Of a stretch of 64,000 bases of DNA, positions 52,266 through 64,000 are shown one piece after another. The translations under genes and the position numbers were made by a program. The notes below the pieces were generated by a model. The model had not been told where the DNA came from, did not search any database, and saw nothing but the letters and a program-made list of their open reading frames with translations. Origin of the DNA: Styela clava. Taxonomy: Eukaryota. The stretch's first letter is position 1. Each line of letters opens with the position of its first letter. The DNA lies in contig NC_135259.1 of the NCBI RefSeq assembly GCF_964204865.1, positions 8,618,001-8,682,000 of the forward strand, read 5' to 3'.

Positions 52266-54295
52266 AGACATCATATACCATGGAAACAATTTCGAATATT
52301 TCTTTCAATAGTGTTTATGGTTGAAATGTGATTACCATAAGCGATTTTAATTTTTGTGCCAAAATTAAATGGAATTTGTTTATCTATGTTTGTATTTCAG
52401 TTATAGTTTGTCATCTTGCGCATGAAAGAATCATTGTAATCCTAGAATTTTTTTTAAATTAAACCTGTATTGTTTATTGCTAGCGTTTGCTTTCTGTTCT
52501 TTCAAAAGTTTTTCTTTTTCAAGCTGTAAGATGTTGAAATAAACTGCTTTGTGTTGCAAAAATTGTTTGTGGATAGCTCATCAAAACTTTGTATTGCATA
52601 CTAGATCAGTGCTTTATTAAAATTCTTCCAATGCTTTTAATCACATTTTTACAAATCGTGTTTCTGATTTGCCCACCAATGGCTCAAAAAGCCACGGAGA
52701 AGAGTAAAAGGGATTTAAACAGTAACCTGAATTTGAAAAGTCAAAAAATTAATTTTAATTTTGATATGCCTCTATCTAAAGCAAGCGTAACCAATGGGCA
52801 AATTATTAGCACGGCGGCCATTAATGGGTGTTGATCAGAAACTAGTGGATTTTTTTAAAAAAATGCCCCTTTCCCCCAATTTTTAACATTTTTTAAATGC
52901 AAGTTTGCAGCATTTGCGGTAAGACATAATTTCATACGCCTTTTCTAAAACCCCATTCTCTATATTTATGAACGATGCACTGAAGCCCGGACGTTTTCTG
53001 ACTTGCTATCAATAAATCCTTTCACCAAATGAACCAAACGAGACAGGTGAAAATGCGCGCTTATATGCCCTGGATAACTTCAACAGAGAAGTACTTCTGT
53101 ACAGCGATTCTTCAATTAGGATATTGTTAGATACCAGTGGCTACTTTTTCTGAGGGCCGTGTTACGTCATTGTAAAAAAAAAATTGCCTCCCCCCCCCTC
53201 TCCCAATTTTGGGCTGGCCACGCTCTCGTTCAGGCGTAGTTTATGACGTGCTATTTACTATACCGCCAATGTAAATCAATCGTAATCTTATTCAATGAAG
53301 TGACGTGTTAAACCAACTTCTAAATCATCTACAAAATATCGTTACCATACACAAAACATTTGTTTTGTTTTTTCGAAGTTATAAAAAGACACTCGTTCAA
53401 CTGCTTACGCACGTGAAATGATATTCTTTTGATAGTATTTAAAGTGTTATTATAAAAATATGTGATAAATCGTTTCCGAAATCTTTGTACTAAGTCAAAA
53501 TCTTGAATTCAACACACGCTTGTCATCGTTTGAAAATTGTTAAAATGAGTTTTAACCGAACCAGATTTTGAATTACCAAATAAGAGACGCACATTGTATC
53601 TGTGATTTCTGAATGACCGTGCTTGATCGAGTGTACTTCTAGATAATCTGTTATGAGTTTAGCATCGGGATACGGTAACAACACAGACAATTTTATGCTT
53701 TTGTTTGGCGACGATTAAATCGACAAGTTTTTGGATGTTTTTATAGCGCTACATAGCAACTTTTATTTGAGCTATTGATTGCCACAATTCTATCTATCGC
53801 GGTCAATAATTGAAATTTATTGCAAAAATCGCGAACATTAAATATGCGAATCTGGAATGTTGTAACAAAAACCGTTTGCAAGTGGGCTGGATAATGTCAC
53901 AACTTCAGAAATAGATGTTTTTGCCAGTTACAAGTTACTCGTAGGATCAGTAAGGCAACTAAATAATTAGGTGAAGGTTATGAAGTAAAACTGTCGTACA
54001 GCAATCCGAATTCAAATATTGTTGTATAGGCCTATATATTCGATACCGATATTCGATTGATTGTTAAAACAATCAAAATAATTATAAAGCTAAATTTACC
54101 AGGCGAAGATGTAAACGAAAATGTACAGATTCCTATTTTTTCTAACAACAGTATAAATGTTTTGTAGGTAGAAATTAACCAACAGTTGTACTTAAAAAGA
54201 AAGGTTTTTATTAATGTCTCTGGCATAAAAACTCAGAGATTTGTTTGTCTTATATTCGAAAACAATTTTGTTCATAATACCAGTGAAAAGGCAAC

Positions 54296-57200
54296 ATGGC
54301 GAGTTCTTCGTGGAATGCAGGAACTACAATTGCTATTATCTTCTTCATTTTGCATCGAAATTTCGTCCTAGCAATTCCAACAGGTATGTTTAAACTTTGA
54401 TTACAATGCCGAAGTATGCAAAAATAAAACGGATAGATCTTTTATTCTTTAGATAAATTTTGACACCGTCCATTTCTGGCTTGTATTTCTGAAAACTTAT
54501 CTTCACATTACTTATCCCCATCAAGATGAACTAAACCAAACGTAACTGACTGTAATATGACATGGTCCCATTTGAACTTTTTACCATCTAACTTTAATAC
54601 ATATATCACCTTATTTATTCTTTTAATAACTCTTAATTAGGAAAAGAGGACAATTTTATGGAAGAATGCTGTCATTCGTAAATCATAAATTGTGGCAATC
54701 TATAGAGCTGTAGAAAGATAATCTATAGAGAGATTAAGACATTTCAATCTTATTTCAGTCACTTTACTTCCAAGTGGATGCGGTAGCTTGGGTGCAAATC
54801 CAGGACAAATTATTCTATCAGGAGGCGGTCTTAACTACACGGATCCTGTGAATTGTTCGCTCACAATGACAGCTACATCTTCTGCTCACCGAATTAGATT
54901 TGCTTTTAACACTGGTATGTGTAATTTGTATTTCAACTATATTCTAAGTGCTATAAGACACAAACAATAGAAAAAAGACGAGTTTGCATCCAAAAATCTA
55001 CAATAATCTTAGGATTAATTTCATTTTTGTAGTTATGCTATATCTGTGTTATCTCGTCCTAATTATTTCTCCTTTATATCATATTATCTTTTATTTAATA
55101 TTATCTTATGTTCATTATAAGGCACCGGCGATGTGGGGATTGTAAACAACCCAAACCCAGGAAGTGGAAGTTGCCCTCAAGCTTCGGTTCAAATATTTGA
55201 TGGTCCTAGTGTAACTCAGAGTCCAAGAAGAACGTTTTGTGGCAATTTGCCTTCAACAGAAACGCTGTCAACCGGCGACACCTTAACCCTGCTGGTTTTG
55301 AGTAATGGAGGAAGCGGAACGAATATTAATTTTACAGCTCATTACACATCATTTACGGAAAGTAAGACTTTGCAAACAGAATTCTGCTTTATAGATAGCT
55401 GAACAACGAAGCGAGTTCATAATTTGATCGCAACTTTTTTTTAACATTTAGGTATTGATGATAATTATTTCACTAATTCTATTACAAAATATACGTTATT
55501 TCCATATTTTACAAAGATTGATCCTGCTGCAATAGAAAACCGTCCCAATGTGACGGTCAAAGTCTGTCAATACCTGGTTATACAGTATATTCAGCGAATT
55601 CAGGTTGGTTTGATTTTGTATCTTCAATCAGGCGCAGACTGTGGCGCTGATTTTCCCTGCAACAACGGTCGATGTATTTCTCCAACAATGAAATGTGACA
55701 CAACTTTGATCAACAATTGTGGTGATTTCTCTGACAATTCGGAAGATCCGCCAGCAAATTGCACTGGTATGATTTGCATATTTTGAAATATTATGATTAT
55801 GTATGAAAGGGAAATATTTTATTATTACGCCGCTGTTTATGTAACTGATTTATAAGTACATTCAAACTCCTAAAAATGTTGATCCTTTAGTATGAGAGAT
55901 TAGATTTAGAAGCGACAAGGATTCCTATACGTCACTGAAAATACATTGGTGATGTTTTTTTTTTATATAACTGCTAATGTGAACGTATAAATATAATACA
56001 TAGATGGTTTTCTGATAAAAGTGGTTCTTTTGTGCAAGCGACAACTATTCTGTCTGATATTCAGTGCATCTGTTTGTTTAAATGAGACTTAAGTGATTTA
56101 TTTGATATTGAGTTTCTTATTTCTGTTCTCCAATAAAAGTTAGAAATTATGTTGTGGCTCAATAACGTAAATTTGAACCAAGATAAATAAAATTTTACTA
56201 CCGAAACAATAGGAACTTAAACAACACTCCACAGGCACAGTTCGTGCCCAGTATTGGGTCTTGAGGGAGTGTGCATTATTTGGAATACTTCGTTGATTAA
56301 TATGTAGGTCACTTTCGCAGTTGATGCTTTTACAACATCACCAATGGACACAACAGCCGAGCAAACGACCAGCACACCACCCAGTGAGAGTGACACAAGT
56401 GCAGTAATATATGCAGCTGCAGCCATCGCCGGAATTTTCGGGCTTTACTTTCTTCACTGGTTACTTTTTAGGCCTGGATGGCTGGTGTGGAGGATGGGAT
56501 GTTTTAGACACCTTAGATGTTGCAGGTACAAAATATTTGATTTATAAAAAAAATATCAAAATCTTGAAAGACATGCAAATGTCCGATAATAAAGTATAAT
56601 ATTTCATATCTGGGCTTGAAATAAATATCTATATAATTTCAAATAAATATGTTTGGTTTTTTTTTTTTTTTTTATAAAAAAAAAACTATCTTTCTGAATT
56701 CGTCGGAGCACCAGCGTTCTATTTGTTATCTCAATTGGCTGAAATGCCAATGAAAAATAAAACAAGAAGAAGAATTTAAAATTTCCATAAAAAGCTGCAT
56801 TTTAAGGTACGGCCACTCGTTCAAATCGTTTTCTCAGCAGTATCAAAACGGACTTTTAAATCAACGATATATAGCTGCATGTTGAACAGTAATAAACGTG
56901 TCGTCATATAACGCATGATATATATAGATGATAGATCATGGATTCTCAAAGTGCTCCATACGGAGCCCCAGCGATTGTGAGAGAAATCTGAGAGCTCCGC
57001 GAGTAATTCGTTTACTAATTAAAAATACTGAATATTTTTTTAACAAAAAGCAGCGGATACATTCGAGTCATTAAATAAAATAATTTTAGTTTACTCAGGA
57101 ACATTAATCGGCAAGTAACAATGCCTTTTTAGTTTTATAAATTCATTGTGAGGCTCCGTAAATAATAGTCAACCTCTTTACGGGCTCCATAACACCAAAA

Positions 57201-57472
57201 GTTTGAGAAACCCTGATATAGAATACAAGTTTATGACTTCGTTATTTTTTACGAAGAAGCTGCAGGGGCTCAGGATCATCAAAGAACAGCGTTGATGCAG
57301 CAAAACCCCTGACATCAAGCATGAATAACATAAACTCAAAAAAATCTGATGGAATGTACTCAGACTCTCCCACGTCCAATCGCTCAGGTATGCTCATTCT
57401 TACATACATTCTTAGAAATCTCAGTGGTTTTGCTCATTATTTCCAGGAGAATATGATAATGGATACACTTAA
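54296..57472 (+). CDS. CUB + LDLa single-pass membrane protein, LDLRAD2-like paralog B (~326 aa). Exons 54296-54383, 54759-54914, 55122-55361, 55632-55766, 56321-56525, 57257-57387, 57447-57472
   Basis: Signal peptide, CUB, and LDLa CGADFPCNNGRCISPTMKCDTTLINNCGDFSD..PPANC. The TM is followed by RPGWLVWR and a Cys cluster, which I recall as typical of vertebrate LDLRAD2 (orthology not tested). All phases are compatible. Confidence 0.88.
56937..57215 (-). mobile_element. Short deletion derivative of the 36304-38182 hAT family, in paralog B intron 5
   Basis: CATGGATTCTCAAAGTGCTCCATACGGAGCCC ... CCAAAAGTTTGAGAAACCCTG is the reverse complement of both ends of the larger element. Confidence 0.8.
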
Positions 57473-59872
57473 ATAGTGATTGCTCAAAAATAATGAGTCA
57501 GATTACTTGAAATGCTTAAAATACTTTAATATGGTGGTAACTTCCATTAGGATCAAAACTTTCATGTCATTTCAGTGCCTATCGAAAGCTCAGTTCAAAC
57601 ATCTGAGATCAACCACTCGTACTCTCCTTTTGTGGAAGGAATTAAAAGAGAACAACACGTCTTCACACTTCCAGCTTGAGACAGAATCACTTATTATTTT
57701 ATTTATTTATTTTTTATTATAAAGACAAACGTGATTGAACTAAATGACGTTATCTGAATAGTTTAAATCACTCACGTGTATTACATTAAATTGATTGTTA
57801 AAGTGTTCATACCTTGCTCTGCCACATCACTGGTAAGACTAGCAGTTAGCCCGATAAATAATTGAGAAGATGAATATTAAAGTTAACGCATTGAGTGTCC
57901 ACTGAACACTAAATAAAATAAAACATTGTATATATAAAAATAACTGACATATTTTATAAAATAATATGATAAGATATTTCATTACCACGCCGGGGGAAAA
58001 GTTCGACGTCCAAGGCCATACGATTTTTTTGTGACAACATTTGTGCAAACTACTTCTACTTGTGGAAGAATTAATGATTTTTCATGAGTGATATAATTGA
58101 CTGATTGTACCAATGCACAATTTAAACGTTATTTAATAATGGATTTACTATTGGAAGCGAATATTCTTTTATTATTATTATTAGTAAATAATTATATTCA
58201 AAAAATTTCCTCAATCAAATAGTTTCCTCCATGTTCTTGAGTGCTTTGCTTGCTTGCTTCCCAGTCTCGCTAATTATTACTATTTATTTATTTAACCCTG
58301 ATCTTTTCACTGAACACCCAGGTTTCCCGTTTTTTAATCACTTCATCTGTACTTTGCTGACTTTTATTGATGGCTTGTGGCTGTTCTGCATGCTGCTGGG
58401 CCTCTCTATTTTCTATTCCAGTATACCCACGCCATCTTTATTTTCATTGGCTGCTCGCCGCTGCTTCTCTTGCTTGCTCTCCTGCCCGCCGGCCCCTTAG
58501 CTTCTCTGAACACCGGACTTGCCTGATTGCCCTTCCCAACAACGCGGTTAAACCCCCCCCCCCCCCCCCCCTCATACCAGGTCTGATGCTTAACTTATGT
58601 CTATACGCTTACCTGCGCCACCGCTACTGACAAGAATCGGACGCATAAAAATTTTGCTTGATTAACAATGTCAAGTCTGGCAGCCCACCACGAGCCTATA
58701 TGACGCGAAAAATTTACATTATACTGTATAGCAAATGTAGAATATAACTATGGATTTCATTGTTATTTATTTTAACCTCTTTGTATTAAAGAATGTTGAA
58801 TTCAATAAAAATATGGGCCTTTCAGCGATTTCCCTGATGCTGATTTATCGTAGCAAGGTTGCTCTTTATGCTTCTTTGGATCGACCAATCTGTGACGCGT
58901 CACCGCCTGCAATCGAGTTTTGAGAATCTAGTTTTTTTGCATTATTACTAATTTGGATATCAAGCGTACAACTGGTATTAAAAGGCTCAAGTGTATATTT
59001 CTATGTATTCAATTCGAACATTGACATTACAATATATTGTGTGCTTATGGTCCTTTTCAAAGTTGAGAATGGCGTTTAACTATGCTAACCTATAATAATA
59101 ATACGGGATAAGGACACGCAGATAGGGACACACCCATTTCCCCTATAATACATACTGTGTTGTTTCGAAGTACGTGCGTCCATGACTCGTGCATCTGGCA
59201 CTATCGTGTGCGCTGCTTTAACTCTTGAATGTGGGGATTTTCGGGAAAAGAATGTGAATGTGATATCCCGTTTTCAATCGTTGTTCATTTTAGTTTACTT
59301 TATTTAAGAAAATGCGTGATTATGCAATTATCGGCAAACATGTGCGTAAGATAATTTAAGCAGAGAATGGGCAAACCAAATTTCAGACTGTCAGTAGAGG
59401 AATACTAAGACTGGAAAACGGTTCATCAATTCGATCCTCTCTATCTTTTTTGCTGGCGGACCTTCTTATCTCTGGTTTACTGTTTCCAAATTATTAAAGC
59501 ATCTCACTAAAAAATATTGAAATTGGCGCGACGTTATGCCTTTACAGATTGATACGATATCATACAATTGAAAATAAAACGAAAAACATCATAAATCCAG
59601 TCGTAAGAGCCACGTGACTGGAAAAACATGCTACCTTAGAACAGGCCCTAAAGATGAAACTCGGTAAATCGAGGGTGCGATGTACCTTTCTATTAATTCT
59701 GGCACTAAATATTCATTAGGAATTGTGAACTATAATAATTAGCAACATAAATTTCAACTGCGTTTCAAAATTCAACGTTTTACTAATATAAAAATAACAC
59801 GCGATATATGGAAACATTGAGAACAATATTTCAGGAAAAGAGCAAAATCTTGAACTATCCTCGCATTATTTG

Positions 59873-60736
59873 TTATACGTTCTTCGTGAAGCAAATCACA
59901 AAAAACGACAACTTTATTGTTACTTTGACGTCACAATCCAGACTATTTTCTAATTTCCATAATTTTTTCATTTTTTTTATACATTCTTCCAAAGGATCAT
60001 GATTTTCGTTTTCCTCCACCCATTCCTGAAACATGTAATATTCCGGAATTGCATTAAAATGTGTTCTTAAGTCTTCCAGTGAGAGAGAGATTGCACCGAC
60101 CAAGTCATCATTTCTGTACTTCCTTACTCCTGATATTCTGTTGTAAACATTTTCGTATCGCAAAGTAAGCTCGTATTGCAGAGGAGCGTGGGTTTTAAAC
60201 CACTCCGCCGATTATCTGAGGTATTGCTCCAAGATGTTCATTCCAGACTGTAGTTGTGAACCCTCATTTTCATGCAGCATAATGTCCACGAAATCATGTC
60301 CACAAATTATGGTGCCGCCTGTAGATTTCAAAACTCTTTCACATTCTCTTATATAGGTTTCAACGTTCATGTAATGAAATGCAAAGCAACACCACACTAG
60401 ATCTACCGTATTGTCCAAGGCTGGCATATTACTCTCATCTCCAATAACATATTGAATGTTATCGCTTGAATTTTCCTTAATCGCCATTTTTATTTGTTCT
60501 TCGCTTTTGTCAATACCTATTACTTTACTAAAATGTTCCGCAAATATCTTTGTTTGAAGACCGTTTGCACATCCCATATCTAACATTAGATCAAACTGAA
60601 GTTGATCTGATTTGCGATCAGGGTCAAGCCGCAGTAAGAAATCAATAATGAACTTTTTCAATATATCCGGATAAGTAATCTTATCCTTTACGAATAACTC
60701 AGCAACATGGTGATTTTGATATAATCGGGCCTCCAT
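59873..60736 (-). pseudogene. Intronless class I SAM-dependent methyltransferase (Methyltransf_11-like) with one in-frame TAA at 60212-60214
   Basis: Motif I MLDMGCANG, VIGIDKSEEQI, VDLVWCCFAFHYM, RVLKSTGG. The frame stays open past the TAA (SAEWFKTHAPLQYELTLRYENVYN...) to the stop at 59873, giving ~287 codons. Confidence 0.8.
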
Positions 60737-62453
60737 TCAACAATACTTTGGAAAGCTATATTAATCACCTGGAGCGTAAATAGAGTTATGACTTCAAATA
60801 TATACCAACAATTATTAACACTAGGTTGGACACAACAGATAAAACTTAATGAACTGTTGGAATCACTGAAGAGCCAGATGTATCATAAAATTGAATAGGT
60901 ACATTAACATGTATGAAAAATCATTTTTCATTAAACATAATTAGAGAATATCATCGTTTTATTACCTCAAACTCGAATTTTGTTTGAATTTATAACCAAT
61001 AAATAGAACATTCTGCAGCTATCTGTTTTAACAAAATAATGCTTCCTTGTAAAACAACGAGTCCGCCTGAGTATCATATGTATTGTATTATAACATCTTG
61101 TCTAACTGAGAAATTGGTATTTGCTCATATCATTCTTCCGATTACCTGGTATTTTTTTTGTCTAACGTATGTCTATGTTCATACCAATATGTAAGATATA
61201 TAAGTATATTATCTGCCATTTCAAATATTATAAAACGGATTACAACCAAATAATATTATCTGCCATTTCAAATATTGTAAAACGGATTACAACCAAATTA
61301 TTTTTGGACTCAATATGTTATTGAACAATCAATATTTAGGATTCCGATCTTTTTTAGATTTTTTGTTAACTAAACCCGAATAATTACACACGTATAAATA
61401 TTAGCATTGCCTTTCATATTTTGTGTAGACATTTCAATATGGAATGAAAGAAAAGCGTTTTGCAAACTTTATCGACGGTAGTTCTATAAGGTAAAAATTA
61501 CAAGCAAAACAATAGGAGTTTCATCCAATTAGAAATTGACCAAAGACGAAGGTTTCTGTAATAAGCTATCTCAATATTTTGTTATTGTTTATAACTCATC
61601 TAATTCCGAATTGATTACTATTTTCAATTGTAGCGTTTTCCGGTATCGCGTACGTTCTAACATGTATGATTGTAAAATTGTCTGAATGAGTAAACTGACA
61701 AAATATTTTCAGCCTAAATTGAAGTTCGAATGAATGCATAACCCGGTAGTTAAAAGTGCTTTATAAATTTCCAGAATCGACATCCAAATCCATCATCTAC
61801 AAATTAAACAATTCTGTTATAGGGTTACACGTTACTTTCGTTTAGACCTGTTTATATTTATGCTAGGCACTTAACGCAGTCAGAAAGTAATTTGTCATTT
61901 CAATGAGTCTAAACTCTGAATATATTTATCAGCAATTTGCAATACTACATGTTCTGCTTCATTCAAGTTTCTGGCCTTTCGTCTTTGGAATGTCTGAATA
62001 TTAGTCTGATTAGGACGAATATCTGCAGGGGTGAGAGGAGAAGACGATTTCACCTTTCTGTGTAGTGTGCTACCTAGTATCGGAATATTAGAATGTCTAA
62101 ACTCTAATTCCTTCATTCTGTTTTCGGTAATACTGGTAATCGATCACAGGCATATTTTTTCACAAATGCTACAACCACATCAAACTTGAACGTCGTCCAG
62201 CATAGTCATTTTGTGTTTCTATTTTAAATACGTCATTGTATGAAATAAGTATATGTTCCCATCTATCATGGCGTATTTCGTGATTTGGTCCAAGGCCAAT
62301 AATGACAATGACCGGATCAATGACATGAGTCACTATATTTTTGGATATCATGATCGCTCTATCTAGCCTTATGATATATTTCGTGATTTGATTTAAGGCC
62401 GATAATGACAATGACCGGATCAAGACCGGTTTTCAAGATCGTTCTGTCTAGTC

Positions 62454-63790
62454 CAGGTTGCGAACCCCCAGGGGTTCACTGGAAGATTTCCAGGGGTACT
62501 AGGATGGCAGTTGAGTTTTCATGTGTTGCTATTTTTTAATATCCCTCACTATACCAGAGAAAATTATGTGCCAATTAAAACTAAGGGTAGATTTTTCTTG
62601 ATCTGGCGTTGTCGAGATGCAGCAATGTGGAATCTACGACTTTGCAGCCAAACTGTAAAATTCCAAAAGACAATGTGCTGCGAGCTTTGCAGAAAGTTAT
62701 ATGCTAATTGGGCAATAACACCAACACAAAAATTTAGTTCAGTTACAGCAGTTATGGTGGAAATAACTAAATATCCTAAATAACAAAACATAACTACTAA
62801 TTTTTAATTTGGGTCATGTCCTCATCAGCGACAAAGGAAAGTATGATGAATCCTACATCCAGTATGGATTCGCTGCTTTTGACAAAAATGGGCATGGTTT
62901 TCCACAGTGTGCAAGATTATATGCTGCAAGGTTTTATCCGTGGAGTACATGAAGCCTACTTTTCTCAAACGCCATTGAGACAGTTGTCACCCAAATCTCA
63001 AAACTTTCTTCAAGCAAAGAGAAGTTAAATTGAAACGAGCTCGCCCTGATCGTTCGGGATATTTCAGTCAACGGAATGAAGCCGAGCTTCGTGCATCCTA
63101 CATGGTATCACTGAGAATTGCAAAAGAAAAAAAACCTCACAAGTCACAACATTGCAGAGAAATAGATCGTCCCTTGCTGTAAAGTTATAATTCGCGATGT
63201 TGTTAGTTGCGATGCTGAAAAGAAGGCTGCATCAATACCCCTTTTAAACGATACAGTTCATCGACGAATAGTAGATATGTCAGATGATGTCAACAACAAG
63301 TGATTGCTGAATTAAACAAGGCACCTTCAGGAAAATTTACAATCCAACTAGATGAGTCAACTGATGTGGCTGCCTGTACTCAACTCCTGGTGTTTGTGCG
63401 ATTCGTCGGCGATAAAAATTTCAAGGGAAATTTATAGTTCGGTCATACCTTAGATTCGACAACAAAAGGCGAAAACATTTTTAAAAAGATCTCAACTTTT
63501 TTGCGAAAGAAGGACTATCCTGGAAGGATGTATGTACAATGTACATACATAACTGACAAATAACTGACATACATCAAATATTGGCCGTCGAAAGTGTTTT
63601 CGAGAAAAAGTGGCGGGGAAAATTCTAAACAAGGTATCGAGCTAGGTTAGTACTTGATGATATTGTGCATATGACAAATACCATCAAATCAAGTTTCCTA
63701 AATACACGGTTATTTTCCTCACTGTGTCAAGGATTAGGAAGTGAAAAAGTATTACTCTATCACACTGAAGCCCGCTGATTGTCACAGTGA
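62454..63790 (+). mobile_element. Decayed hAT (Buster/Charlie, ZBED8/SCAND3-like) transposon with transposase relic
   Basis: Frameshifted RKYDESYIQYGF, ASYMVSLRIAKEKKPH..IAE, IPLLNDTVHRRIVDMSDDV, FTIQLDESTDVAACTQLLVFVRF, TTKGENIF and LLYHTEAR. A Charlie-like subterminal CGAACCCCCAGGGGTTCAC lies upstream. Confidence 0.9.
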
Positions 63791-63961
63791 TAGTCATTGT
63801 TATAATGAATGAACTACCGTTTGGCCAACAGGTAGCTAATACAGTTACAATCTGTAATTAAACGATGAGCATACTAGAATAGTAATATATCAAAAAATAT
63901 TTCTCAAGAATATCATAGTATGAAAAGTTACAACTAAATAATTTCAATGTTCGCATTAGGT

Positions 63962-64000
63962 TCATTCTGAGAAACAAATCACGAAAAACGACAACTTCAG
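63962..64000 (-). CDS. 3' end of a second methyltransferase paralog running in from beyond the window
   Basis: Reads LKLSFFVICFSE*, matching IKLSFFVICFTKNV* at the end of 59873..60736. Confidence 0.65.
   Translation of the reverse strand: MKLSFFVICFSE

Noticed and set aside
58231-58630. Hydrophobic and Pro-rich ORFs around a 19-nt poly(C) run
   Set aside because: Low-complexity pyrimidine-rich sequence with no splice framework or motif; probably a repeat remnant.
7386-60214. TAA reassignment or a variant genetic code, suggested by in-frame TAAs in FucT, the 4.7-kb relic and the methyltransferase
   Set aside because: TAA is the normal terminator of GT-like copy 1 (its paralog ends at the same place with TGA) and of receptor paralog B, and the long ORFs have no internal TAA.
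61895-62423. Minus-strand ORFs with a short internal duplication next to the hAT relic
   Set aside because: Multiple stops and no identifiable homology; cannot be supported as a gene.

Overview
AT-rich eukaryotic genomic DNA with GT-AG spliced genes and many short DNA-transposon relics. The gene content (GT10 fucosyltransferase, LDLRAD2-like CUB-LDLa receptors) and compact introns point to an invertebrate animal, plausibly an ascidian, but that assignment is inference. Most ORFs in the supplied track are spurious, so genes were rebuilt by hand from splice sites and reading phase. Left to right: a possible decayed sulfotransferase-like relic (~4.2-5.0 kb, -); a 4-exon alpha-1,3-fucosyltransferase with a damaged-looking N-terminus (7.4-10.4 kb, +); an unrecognised 8-exon gene of ~580 aa (13.0-15.8 kb, -); a Ty3/gypsy RT remnant; a convergent inverted pair of intronless ~510-aa type II membrane proteins (22.4-23.9 kb + and 27.6-29.2 kb -); a non-coding local duplication (31-33.7 kb vs 39-41 kb); two tandem 7-exon LDLRAD2-like genes (41.8-52.3 kb and 54.3-57.5 kb, +); an intronless SAM methyltransferase with one in-frame TAA plus the 3' tip of a paralog at the window edge; and a decayed hAT transposase. 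The best candidate for something new is the inverted pair. Each copy fuses a degenerate GT2-like domain to an uncharacterised, patchily distributed DxD-containing GT-A-like domain, and their 3' halves look homogenised by gene conversion. hAT, MULE and Helentron-type (HINE-like) non-autonomous elements are abundant, several with verifiable TSDs.
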